Part shown: positions 18,449-27,009 of the stretch, piece by piece
Numbering within the stretch: position 1 is the first letter of the stretch
Layout: each line of letters opens with the position of its first letter
NCBI GenBank assembly: GCA_963789955.1
Contig: CAWBMV010000032.1
Location: forward strand, 1-33,624
DNA from: an uncultured Candidatus Rokubacteria bacterium
Lineage (GTDB): Bacteria > Methylomirabilota > Methylomirabilia > Rokubacteriales > CSP1-6
Direction: 5' to 3'
DNA length: 33,624 nucleotides
Notes under the pieces: model-generated
The model's input: the letters and a program-made list of their open reading frames with translations, nothing else
Database searches by the model: none
What the model was told of the DNA's origin: nothing
Made by a program: the position numbers and the translations under genes

Positions 18449-19122
18449 CGGCGCGGCCGCCTGGACGTCCTGGATGGGTGCTTGGACGCCCTGGACGGAT
18501 GCGTCGTCCGTGCGCGGCCGGCTTTCGCGCGAGGACTCGCCGGCGCCACGGCCACGCCGGCAGCCGAGTCCGCGTCGAGGAGCGCCGCGACCTGACGACC
18601 GAGCGCCGTGAGGCCCGCGCGCTTGGTGACGAACGCGTCGGCCCCGCAGGTCATCGCCAGCTGCTCGGCCTGATCGTCGTCGAACCCGGTCAGGGCCACG
18701 ATCTTCGTGGCCTTGGTCATGGGCGCTTCCTTCACCCGCCGGCACACCTCGAAGCCGTCGAGCCCGGGCATACGGAGATCCAGCACGAGAAGATGAGGCT
18801 GCAACGAGCCGATCCTCAGGAGCGCTTCGTAGCCGCCGCACGCTCCCTCGACCCGGGCGCCGGGGACGAGATCCTCGAGCGCGTCGACGGCGAGATCGAC
18901 GAAATCCTGCTGGTCGTCGACCACCAGGATTCTCGGGCTTTCGTCGGCCTCGGCGCCGAACCCGAACGCGGCCTGGAACCGGCGGAGCTCACTCGCACGA
19001 ATCCGGAAGTGCCGGCCGGGCGTCCGGAACGCCTCGAGCTGACCGGCCTCGATCCAGTTCTTCACGGTGCCCACCGACACCTGGCACCGGCGCGCGACCT
19101 CACCCGTGGTCAAATAACGCAT
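18445..19122 (-). CDS. Response regulator with N-terminal excisionase/MerR-like helix-turn-helix (HTH_17) and C-terminal REC
   Basis: MRYLTTGEVARRCQVSVGTVKNWIEAGQLEAFRTPGRHFRI, then ILVVDD...LDLRMPGLDG; GAGG before ATG 19122. Confidence 0.9.
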   Translation of the reverse strand: MRYLTTGEVARRCQVSVGTVKNWIEAGQLEAFRTPGRHFRIRASELRRFQAAFGFGAEADESPRILVVDDQQDFVDLAVDALEDLVPGARVEGACGGYEALLRIGSLQPHLLVLDLRMPGLDGFEVCRRVKEAPMTKATKIVALTGFDDDQAEQLAMTCGADAFVTKRAGLTALGRQVAALLDADSAAGVAVAPASPRAKAGRARTTHPSRASKHPSRTSRRPRR

Positions 19123-19149
19123 CAGGACCTCAAAACCACGCAATACACG

Positions 19150-19188
19150 AAAAATGGGGTTATTCCAGTAGTAACAGACCCTATTTTT
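19150..19188. promoter_or_regulatory. AT-rich imperfect inverted repeat upstream of the signalling operon (candidate operator)
   Basis: AAAAATGGGGT (19150-19160) and ACCCTATTTTT (19178-19188) match at 10/11 positions across a 17-bp spacer. Confidence 0.45.
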
Positions 19189-19225
19189 TACTCAAATTGA
19201 TCTTTTTGGCAGATTCATCGGCCTG

Positions 19226-19262
19226 AAGAGTAAGACAGGGGACGAGCGGGGCTCGTCCCCTG
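19226..19262 (-). terminator. Intrinsic terminator after the beta-oxidation gene
   Basis: 12-bp perfect stem CAGGGGACGAGC/GCTCGTCCCCTG (19236-19262), followed on the minus strand by TCTTACTCTT. Confidence 0.7.
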
Positions 19263-19295
19263 GGAAATCAGGCGGTTACCGCGCGACGCGCTGCG

Positions 19296-21380
19296 CTAGC
19301 CCGTGAAGCCCTTGCCCTCGTTCGCGAGCCGGTCAAGCAGAGGCGCCGGCGTCCAGAAGGTGTCGCCGCTCTGTTTCTTGAACTCGAGCAGCCGGTCGCG
19401 CAGCGACTTGGTCCCGATCGAGTCGGCCCAGAACATCGGACCTCCCCGATAGACGGGCCAGCCGTAGCCGTAGACCCAGATCACGTCGATATCACTCGCG
19501 CGAATCGCGATCTTCTCCTCGAGGATCTTGGCGCCCTCGTTGACCATGGGATAGAGCAGGCGCTGCAAGATCTCGTCGTCGCCGATGGGGCGCCGGGTGA
19601 TGCCCATCGACGTCGCGACGTCGACGATGATCTTCTCGACCTCCGGATCGGGGACCGGCGTGCGGTCGCCCTTCTCGTACTTGAAGTAGCCCGCGCCCGT
19701 CTTCTGTCCAAATCGACCGAGCTCGCAGATGCGATCGGCGACCGGAGCCTTCGCCCCGCGTCCCTTCCGGATGCGCCAGCCGACGTCGAGACCAGCGAGG
19801 TCACCCATCGCGAACGGCCCCATCGGGAAACCGAAGTCGGTGAGCACGCGGTCCACCTGGTGCGGCGCGGCGCCTTCGAGGATGAGCTTCTCGGCCTGCA
19901 GGCCGCGCTGGTGGAGCATGCGGTTGCCGACGAAGCCGTAGCAGACGCCCACGAGCACCGGCACCTTGCCGATGCGACGGCCGACGGTCATCGCGGTGGC
20001 GATCGTGGTCTTCGACGACTTCTGGCCGCGCACGTTCTCCAGGAGTCGCATCACGTTGGCCGGGCTGAAGAAGTGGGTGCCGATCACGCTCTCGGGCCGC
20101 TTCGTGGCCGAGGCGATCTCGTCGACGTCGAGCGTGGAGGTGTTGGTCGCCAGGACCGCGTCGGGCTTGCAGATCGCGTCGAGCTTGGCAAAGACCTCCT
20201 TCTTGATCGGCATCTCCTCGAACACCGCCTCGATGACGATGTCGGCGTCGGCGGCGGCCTTGAAGTCGACGCTCCCGGTGATGAGCCCCATCCGCTTCTC
20301 GACGTCCGCCTGGGTCAGCCGCCCGCGTGATGCGGTCGCCTCGTAGTTCTTCCGCACGATGCCGAGACCGCGGTCGAGCGCGTCCTGCGCCATCTCGACG
20401 ACGGTGACGGGAATCCCGGCGTTGGCGAAGTTCATCGCGATGCCGCCGCCCATGGTTCCGGCGCCGATCACCGCCGCCTTCTTGATCTCCTTGGCCGGCG
20501 TGTCCGCCGCCACGTCGGGGATCTTGGCCGCCTCGCGCTCGGCGAAGAAGAAGTAGCGCTGGGCCTTCGACTCCGGCGAGTTCAGGAGCTCCACGAAGAG
20601 CTCGCGCTCGCGCTTGAGCCCTTCCGCGAACGGCAGGTTCACCGCCGCCTCGACCGCCTTGATGCAGTTCTCCGGCGCGCGGAACCCGCGGGTCTGGCGC
20701 GCGACGCTCTTCCTGAACTCGGCGAAGATCTCGGGCTTGCCCCGCGCCGGCACGATCTTGTCGTCGAGATCGCGGATCTTCTTGAGCGGCCGCTTCTCGT
20801 TGAGCGCCTTCTCGGCGAACGCGACGCCGGCCGCGGTGAGATCCCCGTCCACGATCTCGTCGATCAAGCCGACCTTGAGCGCCTCGTCGGCGCCGATCGG
20901 ATCGCCGCTCACGATCATCTGCAGCGCCTTCTGCGGACCGACCACGCGTGGCAGCCGCTGCGTGCCACCCGCACCGGGGAGGATGCCCAGCTTCACCTCG
21001 GGCAGGCCGAAGCGGGCGCTCTTCACACCGACGCGATAGTGACAGGCCAAGGTGACCTCGAGCCCTCCGCCGAGCGCCGTCCCGTGGATCGCCGACACCA
21101 CCGGCTTGGGCGAGCCCTCGATCATGTCGAGCACGGCGAAGAGCCCCGGCTCGACCGGCGGCTTGCCGAACTCGGTGATGTCGGCGCCGGCGATGAACGT
21201 ACGGCCGGAGCAGACGATGACGATCGCCTGCACGGCACTATCGGCGATCGCCTGCTTGATCCCGTCGTGGAGCCCTTTGCGCACGTGCTGGCCCAGCGCG
21301 TTGACGGGCGGGTTGTCGACGGTCAGCACGGCCACGCGGCCGCGGCTGCTCAGATCTACGGACTGGGTGATCTTCGCCAT
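19296..21380 (-). CDS. Bifunctional enoyl-CoA hydratase / 3-hydroxyacyl-CoA dehydrogenase (FadB/FadJ-like)
   Basis: NPPVNAL, FIAGADI, GGGLE, GLPEVKLGILPGAGGTQRLPR; GAGTMGGGIA, IEAVFE, TNTSTL, HFFSPANVMRLLE. Confidence 0.95.
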   Translation of the reverse strand: MAKITQSVDLSSRGRVAVLTVDNPPVNALGQHVRKGLHDGIKQAIADSAVQAIVIVCSGRTFIAGADITEFGKPPVEPGLFAVLDMIEGSPKPVVSAIHGTALGGGLEVTLACHYRVGVKSARFGLPEVKLGILPGAGGTQRLPRVVGPQKALQMIVSGDPIGADEALKVGLIDEIVDGDLTAAGVAFAEKALNEKRPLKKIRDLDDKIVPARGKPEIFAEFRKSVARQTRGFRAPENCIKAVEAAVNLPFAEGLKRERELFVELLNSPESKAQRYFFFAEREAAKIPDVAADTPAKEIKKAAVIGAGTMGGGIAMNFANAGIPVTVVEMAQDALDRGLGIVRKNYEATASRGRLTQADVEKRMGLITGSVDFKAAADADIVIEAVFEEMPIKKEVFAKLDAICKPDAVLATNTSTLDVDEIASATKRPESVIGTHFFSPANVMRLLENVRGQKSSKTTIATAMTVGRRIGKVPVLVGVCYGFVGNRMLHQRGLQAEKLILEGAAPHQVDRVLTDFGFPMGPFAMGDLAGLDVGWRIRKGRGAKAPVADRICELGRFGQKTGAGYFKYEKGDRTPVPDPEVEKIIVDVATSMGITRRPIGDDEILQRLLYPMVNEGAKILEEKIAIRASDIDVIWVYGYGWPVYRGGPMFWADSIGTKSLRDRLLEFKKQSGDTFWTPAPLLDRLANEGKGFTG

Positions 21381-21472
21381 GTGCAGCTCCTCTGAAGGGC
21401 TCGCCTCGCGGCCCGGCGCCGCTCAGCGCGCAAAAGTGGCGCCTATGATACCCCGCGACCGGCGGGCAAGGC

Positions 21473-22192
21473 TCAGCAGCCGAGCCGGGCCGCGAGATCG
21501 ACGAAGTCGCTCGCGATGACGTCCCATTCGCGCGCGGGCTTCACGTCCTTTGCCTGCCCGGGTCCGTGCTCGCTCGGCCGCGGCACGAACGCCGTGCGCA
21601 GGCCGACCGCGCTCGCGGCGGCAAGGTCCCCGTTATGGGCGGCGACCATCATGCACTCGCCCGGCTGGAGTCCCAGGAGCGAGGCCGTCGTCAGGTATGC
21701 CTCGGGCTGCGGCTTGTAGTGGTGCGCGACCTCGGCGCCGAGCACGGTGTCCCACGGCAGCCCGCCGTACTTGGCCATGTTCACCATGAGCGCGACGTTG
21801 CCGTTCGAGAGGGTCGCGAGGACGAACTTCTTCTTGAGCCGCGTGAGGCCGGGCACGGCATCAGGCCAGGGATCGAGGCGATGCCACGCCCGGTTCAGAT
21901 GGTCGATCTCCGGCTCCGAGAGGCCCTTGATGCCGAACTGGACCAGGAGCTTGTCGAGGCTCTCGCGATGGAGATCGTCGAGCTTCGTCCACGGGCGGCG
22001 GCCGTTGCGCACTTCGTCCATCGCGGGCTGGTAGAGCCCGCGCCACGCGTCGGCGAACTTGGCCCAGTCGACGCCGAGCCCCTTCTTCTTGCCGAGCGCC
22101 TCGCCCTCGCGAATGAGGCTCGATCGCCAGTCCACCACGGTGCCGAAGACGTCGAACGTGAGCGCCTTGACGTTCTCGATGGCCATGACCAC
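21473..22192 (-). CDS. Haloacid dehalogenase type II-like HAD hydrolase
   Basis: FDVFGTVVDW nucleophile motif, LSNGN, YKP, VAAHNGD. Start is GTG 22192 or ATG 22186. Confidence 0.88.
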   Translation of the reverse strand: MVMAIENVKALTFDVFGTVVDWRSSLIREGEALGKKKGLGVDWAKFADAWRGLYQPAMDEVRNGRRPWTKLDDLHRESLDKLLVQFGIKGLSEPEIDHLNRAWHRLDPWPDAVPGLTRLKKKFVLATLSNGNVALMVNMAKYGGLPWDTVLGAEVAHHYKPQPEAYLTTASLLGLQPGECMMVAAHNGDLAAASAVGLRTAFVPRPSEHGPGQAKDVKPAREWDVIASDFVDLAARLGC

Positions 22193-22198
22193 TCCGAT

Positions 22199-23095
22199 CT
22201 AGGCGGTGAGGAGTTTGTTGCGCTCGAGGATCGCCCGGAGCTCAGCTCGCGTGACGTCGTCGAGACTCGGGCCGGGCGGCCGGACGTGGCTCGACTGGAT
22301 CGCGCCGCGCAGCCGAAGCACTTCCTTGCGGAGCGCGAGGCCGATCCCCTGCTGGCCCTCGTAGCGGATATAGGAGGCGTACCGGTCGTACGTCGCGGCG
22401 GCGCCGGCGACGTCGCCGGCGCGGAACAGATCGTAGATCCGCACGAGCACGTCGGGCACGGCGACACCGGTCATGATCCCGACGGCGCCGCGCGAGAGCT
22501 CTTCGAAGAAGAACGTGCCGTTCATGCCGCCGAAGATCCGGAATCGGTCGCCGCCGGACAGCCGCCGGAGCGCGGTGATCTTCGTCGGCGTGGGCGGCTC
22601 CTCCAGCTTGACGTAGCGGCACGCCGGCAGCTCGTTCGCGATGCGGGCGAGGAGCTCGGTCGACATGATCACACCGGTCGTCACCGGCTCGTCCTGCACC
22701 ACGATGGGCACCGAGACCGCGGCCGCCACCGCCCGGTAGTGCGCCATGATCGCGCCGTCGCCCTTGAGGCCCGGTGGCGGCGCGACCATGAGCGCCGTGG
22801 CGCCCGCCGCCTCGGCGGCCTGCGAGAGCTCGATGCAGGCTCCGGTCCCGGCGTGAGAAGTCCCGACGACGATCGGGAACCGTCCGGCCGCGCTCTTGAT
22901 GAAGACCTCGGCCACGCGGCGGCGCTCGGACTCCGTCAGCTTGTGGAATTCGCCCATGATGCCCAGGACGTTGAGGCCATGCACCCCGCAGCGGGCCTCG
23001 AACTCGACGAGCGAGACGATGCTGTCCTCGTCGACGCGGCCGTCGGGATGGAACGGCGTCGCGGTGATCGGAATCACTCCGGCCAGATCGGTCAT
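22199..23095 (-). CDS. Dihydrodipicolinate synthase (DapA/NAL) family aldolase/dehydratase
   Basis: GVIPITATPF, GIMGE, Schiff-base Lys in YVKLE, VVQDEP; ATG 23095 after GAGGG. Confidence 0.88.
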   Translation of the reverse strand: MTDLAGVIPITATPFHPDGRVDEDSIVSLVEFEARCGVHGLNVLGIMGEFHKLTESERRRVAEVFIKSAAGRFPIVVGTSHAGTGACIELSQAAEAAGATALMVAPPPGLKGDGAIMAHYRAVAAAVSVPIVVQDEPVTTGVIMSTELLARIANELPACRYVKLEEPPTPTKITALRRLSGGDRFRIFGGMNGTFFFEELSRGAVGIMTGVAVPDVLVRIYDLFRAGDVAGAAATYDRYASYIRYEGQQGIGLALRKEVLRLRGAIQSSHVRPPGPSLDDVTRAELRAILERNKLLTA

Positions 23096-23102
23096 GGGAC
23101 CC

Positions 23103-24155
23103 TCACGCGTGGCGATGGTGGGAGCGTTGGTAGTGGGCGCGAAGCGGGTCCACGCCGAAGTCGTTTCGCGGATCGTGCCAGACCGAGTGGACGTGGTTCG
23201 CCCGGTTCTGCGAGTTGTCGTACTCGATGAGGAGCGTCGGGCCGTGCAGGCGATAGTAGTGCGGCTGCCGCGGGTCGATCGGCCCGGCCCACGCGAAGCG
23301 CACGTTCTCGACGCCGGCCTCACGCATCCGGCGAAGCTCGTCGTCGGCGATGTCGGTTCGCATGTTACGCGCGTACGTCTCGACCAGGCGCAGCGCCAGC
23401 GCTCGCTGCTCGGCGCCGAAGTCGCCGAGCGGGACGCCGGCCGGCGTCTTGAGGCTGTCGGCGCGGCCCGGCCCGCTGACGATGTCGCCCGGGGAGTCGG
23501 CCGCGATCACGAGGCGGCCGCGCAGGCTCGGATCGACACCACGCGCGAGCGTGAACGCGAGATCCTGCTCCTCGGCGAGCGTACGCTGCCCGCGCTGCGG
23601 CCCCGAGGGTACTTCGGCCGGATTGGCGCCGAAGAACGCGGGGGTCACCGCGATGGCACGGCCGGGCACGAGTGTGAAGTTGAGCGAGAGATGGTGCCCC
23701 TCGAGACGCCAGCCCCAGGGCGCCGACGCCTCCGGCGCGCCGAACACGCTCACGTAGTATTTTTCGGGGTCGCGCAGGAGGCCGCCGAACGTCTCCAGCT
23801 GGCGCAGGATCTCCTCGAGCTTCATCACGTTGACGGCCTTCGTGTAGCCGACTCCGGAGAGCGAGGTCTTCATCAGCTCGTGCGCCGCCGCGCGGCCGGC
23901 GGCCGACATCTCCTTGAACGCGACGCCGGAACGGGAGCGCGGCACGTAGTGCCAGTTCATGCGCTCGTCCTGCGCGAATGGGAACATGGCGGCGCGGCGC
24001 TGTCCCGGTTCGAGCGCGGCGAGGAACGCGCCGGCCGCGCGCGCCATGGCCGCGCGGGTCGAGTCGCCCGCCTGGGCCCATACGGGTCCGGCGGCGGCCA
24101 GGACGGCCGTCACCAACGTCCCGTGGAGAAGCTCCCGGCGATCGATCAGGCTCAT
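23103..24155 (-). CDS. DUF3500-like protein with Tat signal
   Basis: DRRELL leader; WHYVP, WGWRLEGHHLSLNFT, TPAFFGANP, YYRLHGPTLLIEYDN, NHVHSVWHDPRNDFG; GGAGG RBS. Confidence 0.85.
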   Translation of the reverse strand: MSLIDRRELLHGTLVTAVLAAAGPVWAQAGDSTRAAMARAAGAFLAALEPGQRRAAMFPFAQDERMNWHYVPRSRSGVAFKEMSAAGRAAAHELMKTSLSGVGYTKAVNVMKLEEILRQLETFGGLLRDPEKYYVSVFGAPEASAPWGWRLEGHHLSLNFTLVPGRAIAVTPAFFGANPAEVPSGPQRGQRTLAEEQDLAFTLARGVDPSLRGRLVIAADSPGDIVSGPGRADSLKTPAGVPLGDFGAEQRALALRLVETYARNMRTDIADDELRRMREAGVENVRFAWAGPIDPRQPHYYRLHGPTLLIEYDNSQNRANHVHSVWHDPRNDFGVDPLRAHYQRSHHRHA

Positions 24156-24196
24156 GGCCTCCCAATGCTACACTCCACCGCACGCCGAGTCTCGTG

Positions 24197-24751
24197 ATGC
24201 GATTGTTCCTGCTCCTCGTGTCGCTCGTGCTCGCGGTTCCCTCCCGCGCGGTCGCCGACGAGGCGCTGTGGCAGCTGATGCGCGGCGGCGGTCAGGTCAT
24301 CCTCATGCGCCACGCCGTGACGACGCCGGGTGTCGGCGATCCGACGGGCTTCAAGCTCGACGACTGCTCGACGCAGCGCAACCTCACCGACGCGGGGCGC
24401 GAGGACGCGCGACGCGTCGGGGCGACGTTCAGGGCGCGCTCCATTCCCGTCGGCCGCGTGCTCTCGAGCCCCTGGTGTCGGTGTCTCGAGACCGCACGTC
24501 TCGCGTTCGGCGCCGCGGAGCCGTGGGTGCCTCTGAGCAATCTCTTCGACAACCGCGCGGCCGAGACCGAGCAGCTACGCGCGCTGCGCGATCTCGCGGG
24601 GCGCCGGCCGACCGCCGGCAACGTGATGCTCATCACACACGGCTCCGTCGTGCTTCCGCTCACCGGGATCCAGCCGGTGCCCGCCGAGCTGGTCGTGCTC
24701 ACGCCGGAGGGCGCGAGCCGCTTTCGAGTCGCCGGACGCCTCACGCCCTGA
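24197..24751 (+). CDS. Secreted histidine phosphatase superfamily protein
   Basis: Signal peptide MRLFLLLVSLVLAVPSRAVA, then MRHA, DCSTQRNL, SSPWCRCLETA, LITHG. Confidence 0.85.
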   Translation: MRLFLLLVSLVLAVPSRAVADEALWQLMRGGGQVILMRHAVTTPGVGDPTGFKLDDCSTQRNLTDAGREDARRVGATFRARSIPVGRVLSSPWCRCLETARLAFGAAEPWVPLSNLFDNRAAETEQLRALRDLAGRRPTAGNVMLITHGSVVLPLTGIQPVPAELVVLTPEGASRFRVAGRLTP

Positions 24752-24893
24752 CGCCGCCGTCGCCCGACTCAAAGTGCTACACTCCGCGCCACGGATCGGG
24801 CGGACGCCGGCTGTGCCGCCGTTCAGGTGATGCGCCGGGGATTCGCGCGTGGATCGAGACCAGGCTCGACGGGCTCCAATGAAGGAGATCGCC

Positions 24894-26228
24894 ATGGTAG
24901 AGCGAAGCCACGAACTGTCCGGACGCAAGCGCACGGTCAGCCGGCGAGCGTTTCTCAAAGCCAGCGGAGTCGCCGGGCTCGCCTCCGCTACCGGGGCTCT
25001 GCACGTCAACATCGCGCGTGCCCAGTCGCGAACCCTCAAGGTCGGTTTCATCGGCGCCCAGTCCGGCGTCCGCGCGAACTTCGGCGAGACGACGCCGTGG
25101 ATGATCGAGCGCATCCGCACGGCCGTGAAGGACGGGCTCAAGGTCGGCGGCAAGTCCTACGCGGTCGAGATCGTCGTCAAGGACAACCAGTCCGACCCGA
25201 ATCGCTCCAGCGTAGTCGGCAGCGAGCTGGTGCTTCGCGAGAAGTGCGACCTGGTCATCGCGTTCGACTCCGACGCGGCCCTGGCGGTCGGCGAGCTGGC
25301 CGACGCGCGCAGCATGCCGACCATCTCGACCATGGTGCCGTGGACGGGCTGGAAATTCTCCCGCGGCGCGACCCCTGACGATCTGATCGAGAAGAGCTTC
25401 CCGTACACGTTCCACTTCTTCTGGGGCGCCGGCGAGGTCGTGAAGAACTTCCTGGCGATGTGGAACAGCGTGAAGACCAACAAACAGGTCGGCACGTTCT
25501 ACAGCGACACGCCGACCGGCCGCGCGTTCGGCAACGCGAAGACCGGGCTGCCGGGCGGGATGGCGCAGCACGGCTACAAGGAAGTTCCGGGCGGCTATTA
25601 CAAGATGGCCACCGACGACTTCACGAACCAGGTGACCGCGTTCAAGAACGGCGGCGCCGAGATCGTCTCCGGCCTCGTGCTGCCGAGCCACTGGGCGACC
25701 TTCTGGAATCAGGCGGCCCAGGCCGGCTACAAGCCTCAGGTGTGCACGGTCGCGGCCGCGTTCCTGTTCGCGAGCGCCATCACGTCGCTGGGGCCGCGCG
25801 GCGACGGCATGTCGACCGAAGTCTGGTGGACGCCCAAGTTCCCGTACAAGTCCTCGATCACCGGACAGACGGCGCGCGAGCTCGCGACCGACTGGGAGAA
25901 CTCCACCGGCAAGCAGTGGACGCAGCCCATCGGCTACTCGCACGCGGTCTGGGAAGTGGCGCTCGCCGCCCTCGGCAGCGCCGCGGATCCGAAGGACAAG
26001 GAGTCCGTGAAGCAGGCGATCGCGAATCTGTCGGTCGACACCGTCGTCGGTCCGGTGCGTTTCAAGGACACGCCGATCAAGAACGTCGCGGTCACGAGCA
26101 TGGCCGGCGGCCAGTGGCGCAAGACGAAGAACGGGCGCTTTCCGTTCGAGCTCCTGATCGTCTACAACGCCACGGCGCCGCAGATCCCGGTCGAAGCGGA
26201 GCTCAAGCTCCTGTCGCAGCTCGGCTGA
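24894..26228 (+). CDS. HAAT family ABC substrate-binding protein with Tat signal
   Basis: AAGGAG RBS; SRRAFLK; LKVGFIG...KDNQSDPNR; followed by livGFHM-like genes. Confidence 0.9.
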   Translation: MVERSHELSGRKRTVSRRAFLKASGVAGLASATGALHVNIARAQSRTLKVGFIGAQSGVRANFGETTPWMIERIRTAVKDGLKVGGKSYAVEIVVKDNQSDPNRSSVVGSELVLREKCDLVIAFDSDAALAVGELADARSMPTISTMVPWTGWKFSRGATPDDLIEKSFPYTFHFFWGAGEVVKNFLAMWNSVKTNKQVGTFYSDTPTGRAFGNAKTGLPGGMAQHGYKEVPGGYYKMATDDFTNQVTAFKNGGAEIVSGLVLPSHWATFWNQAAQAGYKPQVCTVAAAFLFASAITSLGPRGDGMSTEVWWTPKFPYKSSITGQTARELATDWENSTGKQWTQPIGYSHAVWEVALAALGSAADPKDKESVKQAIANLSVDTVVGPVRFKDTPIKNVAVTSMAGGQWRKTKNGRFPFELLIVYNATAPQIPVEAELKLLSQLG

Positions 26229-26277
26229 GCCGATCGTCGCCGCCCCGCCGGCCTCCCGCGGGCGGCACGGTAGCGCG

Positions 26278-27009
26278 ATGTCCGCACTCCTCGAAGTGGC
26301 CGGCCTGCACAAGCGATTCGGCGCGATCGTCGTAGCCGACGATGTCACCTTCTCGCTCGACTCGGGCCACTGCCTTGGGATGATCGGTCCCAACGGCGCC
26401 GGCAAGAGCTCGGTCTTCAATCTGATTGCCGGCACCATCGCGCCGGACGGCGGCACGATTCGCTTCGAAGGCCAGGAGCTGAACCGCCTGCCTCCCCATC
26501 TGCGCGCGCGCCGCGGCATCGTGCGCGCGTTCCAGATCCCGCAGCCGTTTCCGCACCTCACCGTCTACGAGAACGTGCTTGCCGCGGCGTCGTTCGGCGC
26601 CGGGCGCTCGGGGTCGGCCGCGGCGAGCGCGGCGCTCGACGTCCTCGCTACCATGGGACTCACCGCGAAGGCCCGGACCTTGGCCGGACAGCTGCCACTC
26701 CTGGACCGAAAGCGTCTCGAGCTCGGCAAGGCTGTGGCGTCGCGCGCGAAGGTGCTGCTCCTGGACGAGATCGCCGCGGGACTCACCGAGCCGGAGGTCG
26801 AGGAGCTCGTGGCCCTGGTCAAGAGCCTCAAGACGAGCCACGCGATCATCTGGATCGAGCACATCCCTCACGCGCTTCGCGCCGTGGCCGATCGCATCAT
26901 GGTGCTCCACTTCGGTCGCAACGTGCTGGAAGGGCCGCCCGCCGAGGTGATGACCAACCGGCTCGTGCGAGAGATCTACATGGGGTTCCGCGCCGATGAC
27001 GTTGCTTGA
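26278..27009 (+). CDS. livG: HAAT family ABC ATP-binding protein, LivG-like
   Basis: [30 protein letters not shown]. Confidence 0.92.
   Translation: MSALLEVAGLHKRFGAIVVADDVTFSLDSGHCLGMIGPNGAGKSSVFNLIAGTIAPDGGTIRFEGQELNRLPPHLRARRGIVRAFQIPQPFPHLTVYENVLAAASFGAGRSGSAAASAALDVLATMGLTAKARTLAGQLPLLDRKRLELGKAVASRAKVLLLDEIAAGLTEPEVEELVALVKSLKTSHAIIWIEHIPHALRAVADRIMVLHFGRNVLEGPPAEVMTNRLVREIYMGFRADDVA

Noticed and set aside
18460..18501. Two imperfect 21-bp tandem repeats in the HTH-REC tail
   Set aside because: Only two degenerate in-frame copies in a low-complexity tail; not a CRISPR array or a meaningful VNTR.
18449..18841. 131-aa N-terminal extension of the MASE4 kinase
   Set aside because: It overlaps the HTH-REC gene in another frame. 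The GTGA overlap at 18445-18448 is the more plausible start.
18960..19122. Excisionase-like domain as a sign of a prophage or integrative element
   Set aside because: It is fused to a receiver domain, and no integrase, att site, tRNA or phage gene is nearby.
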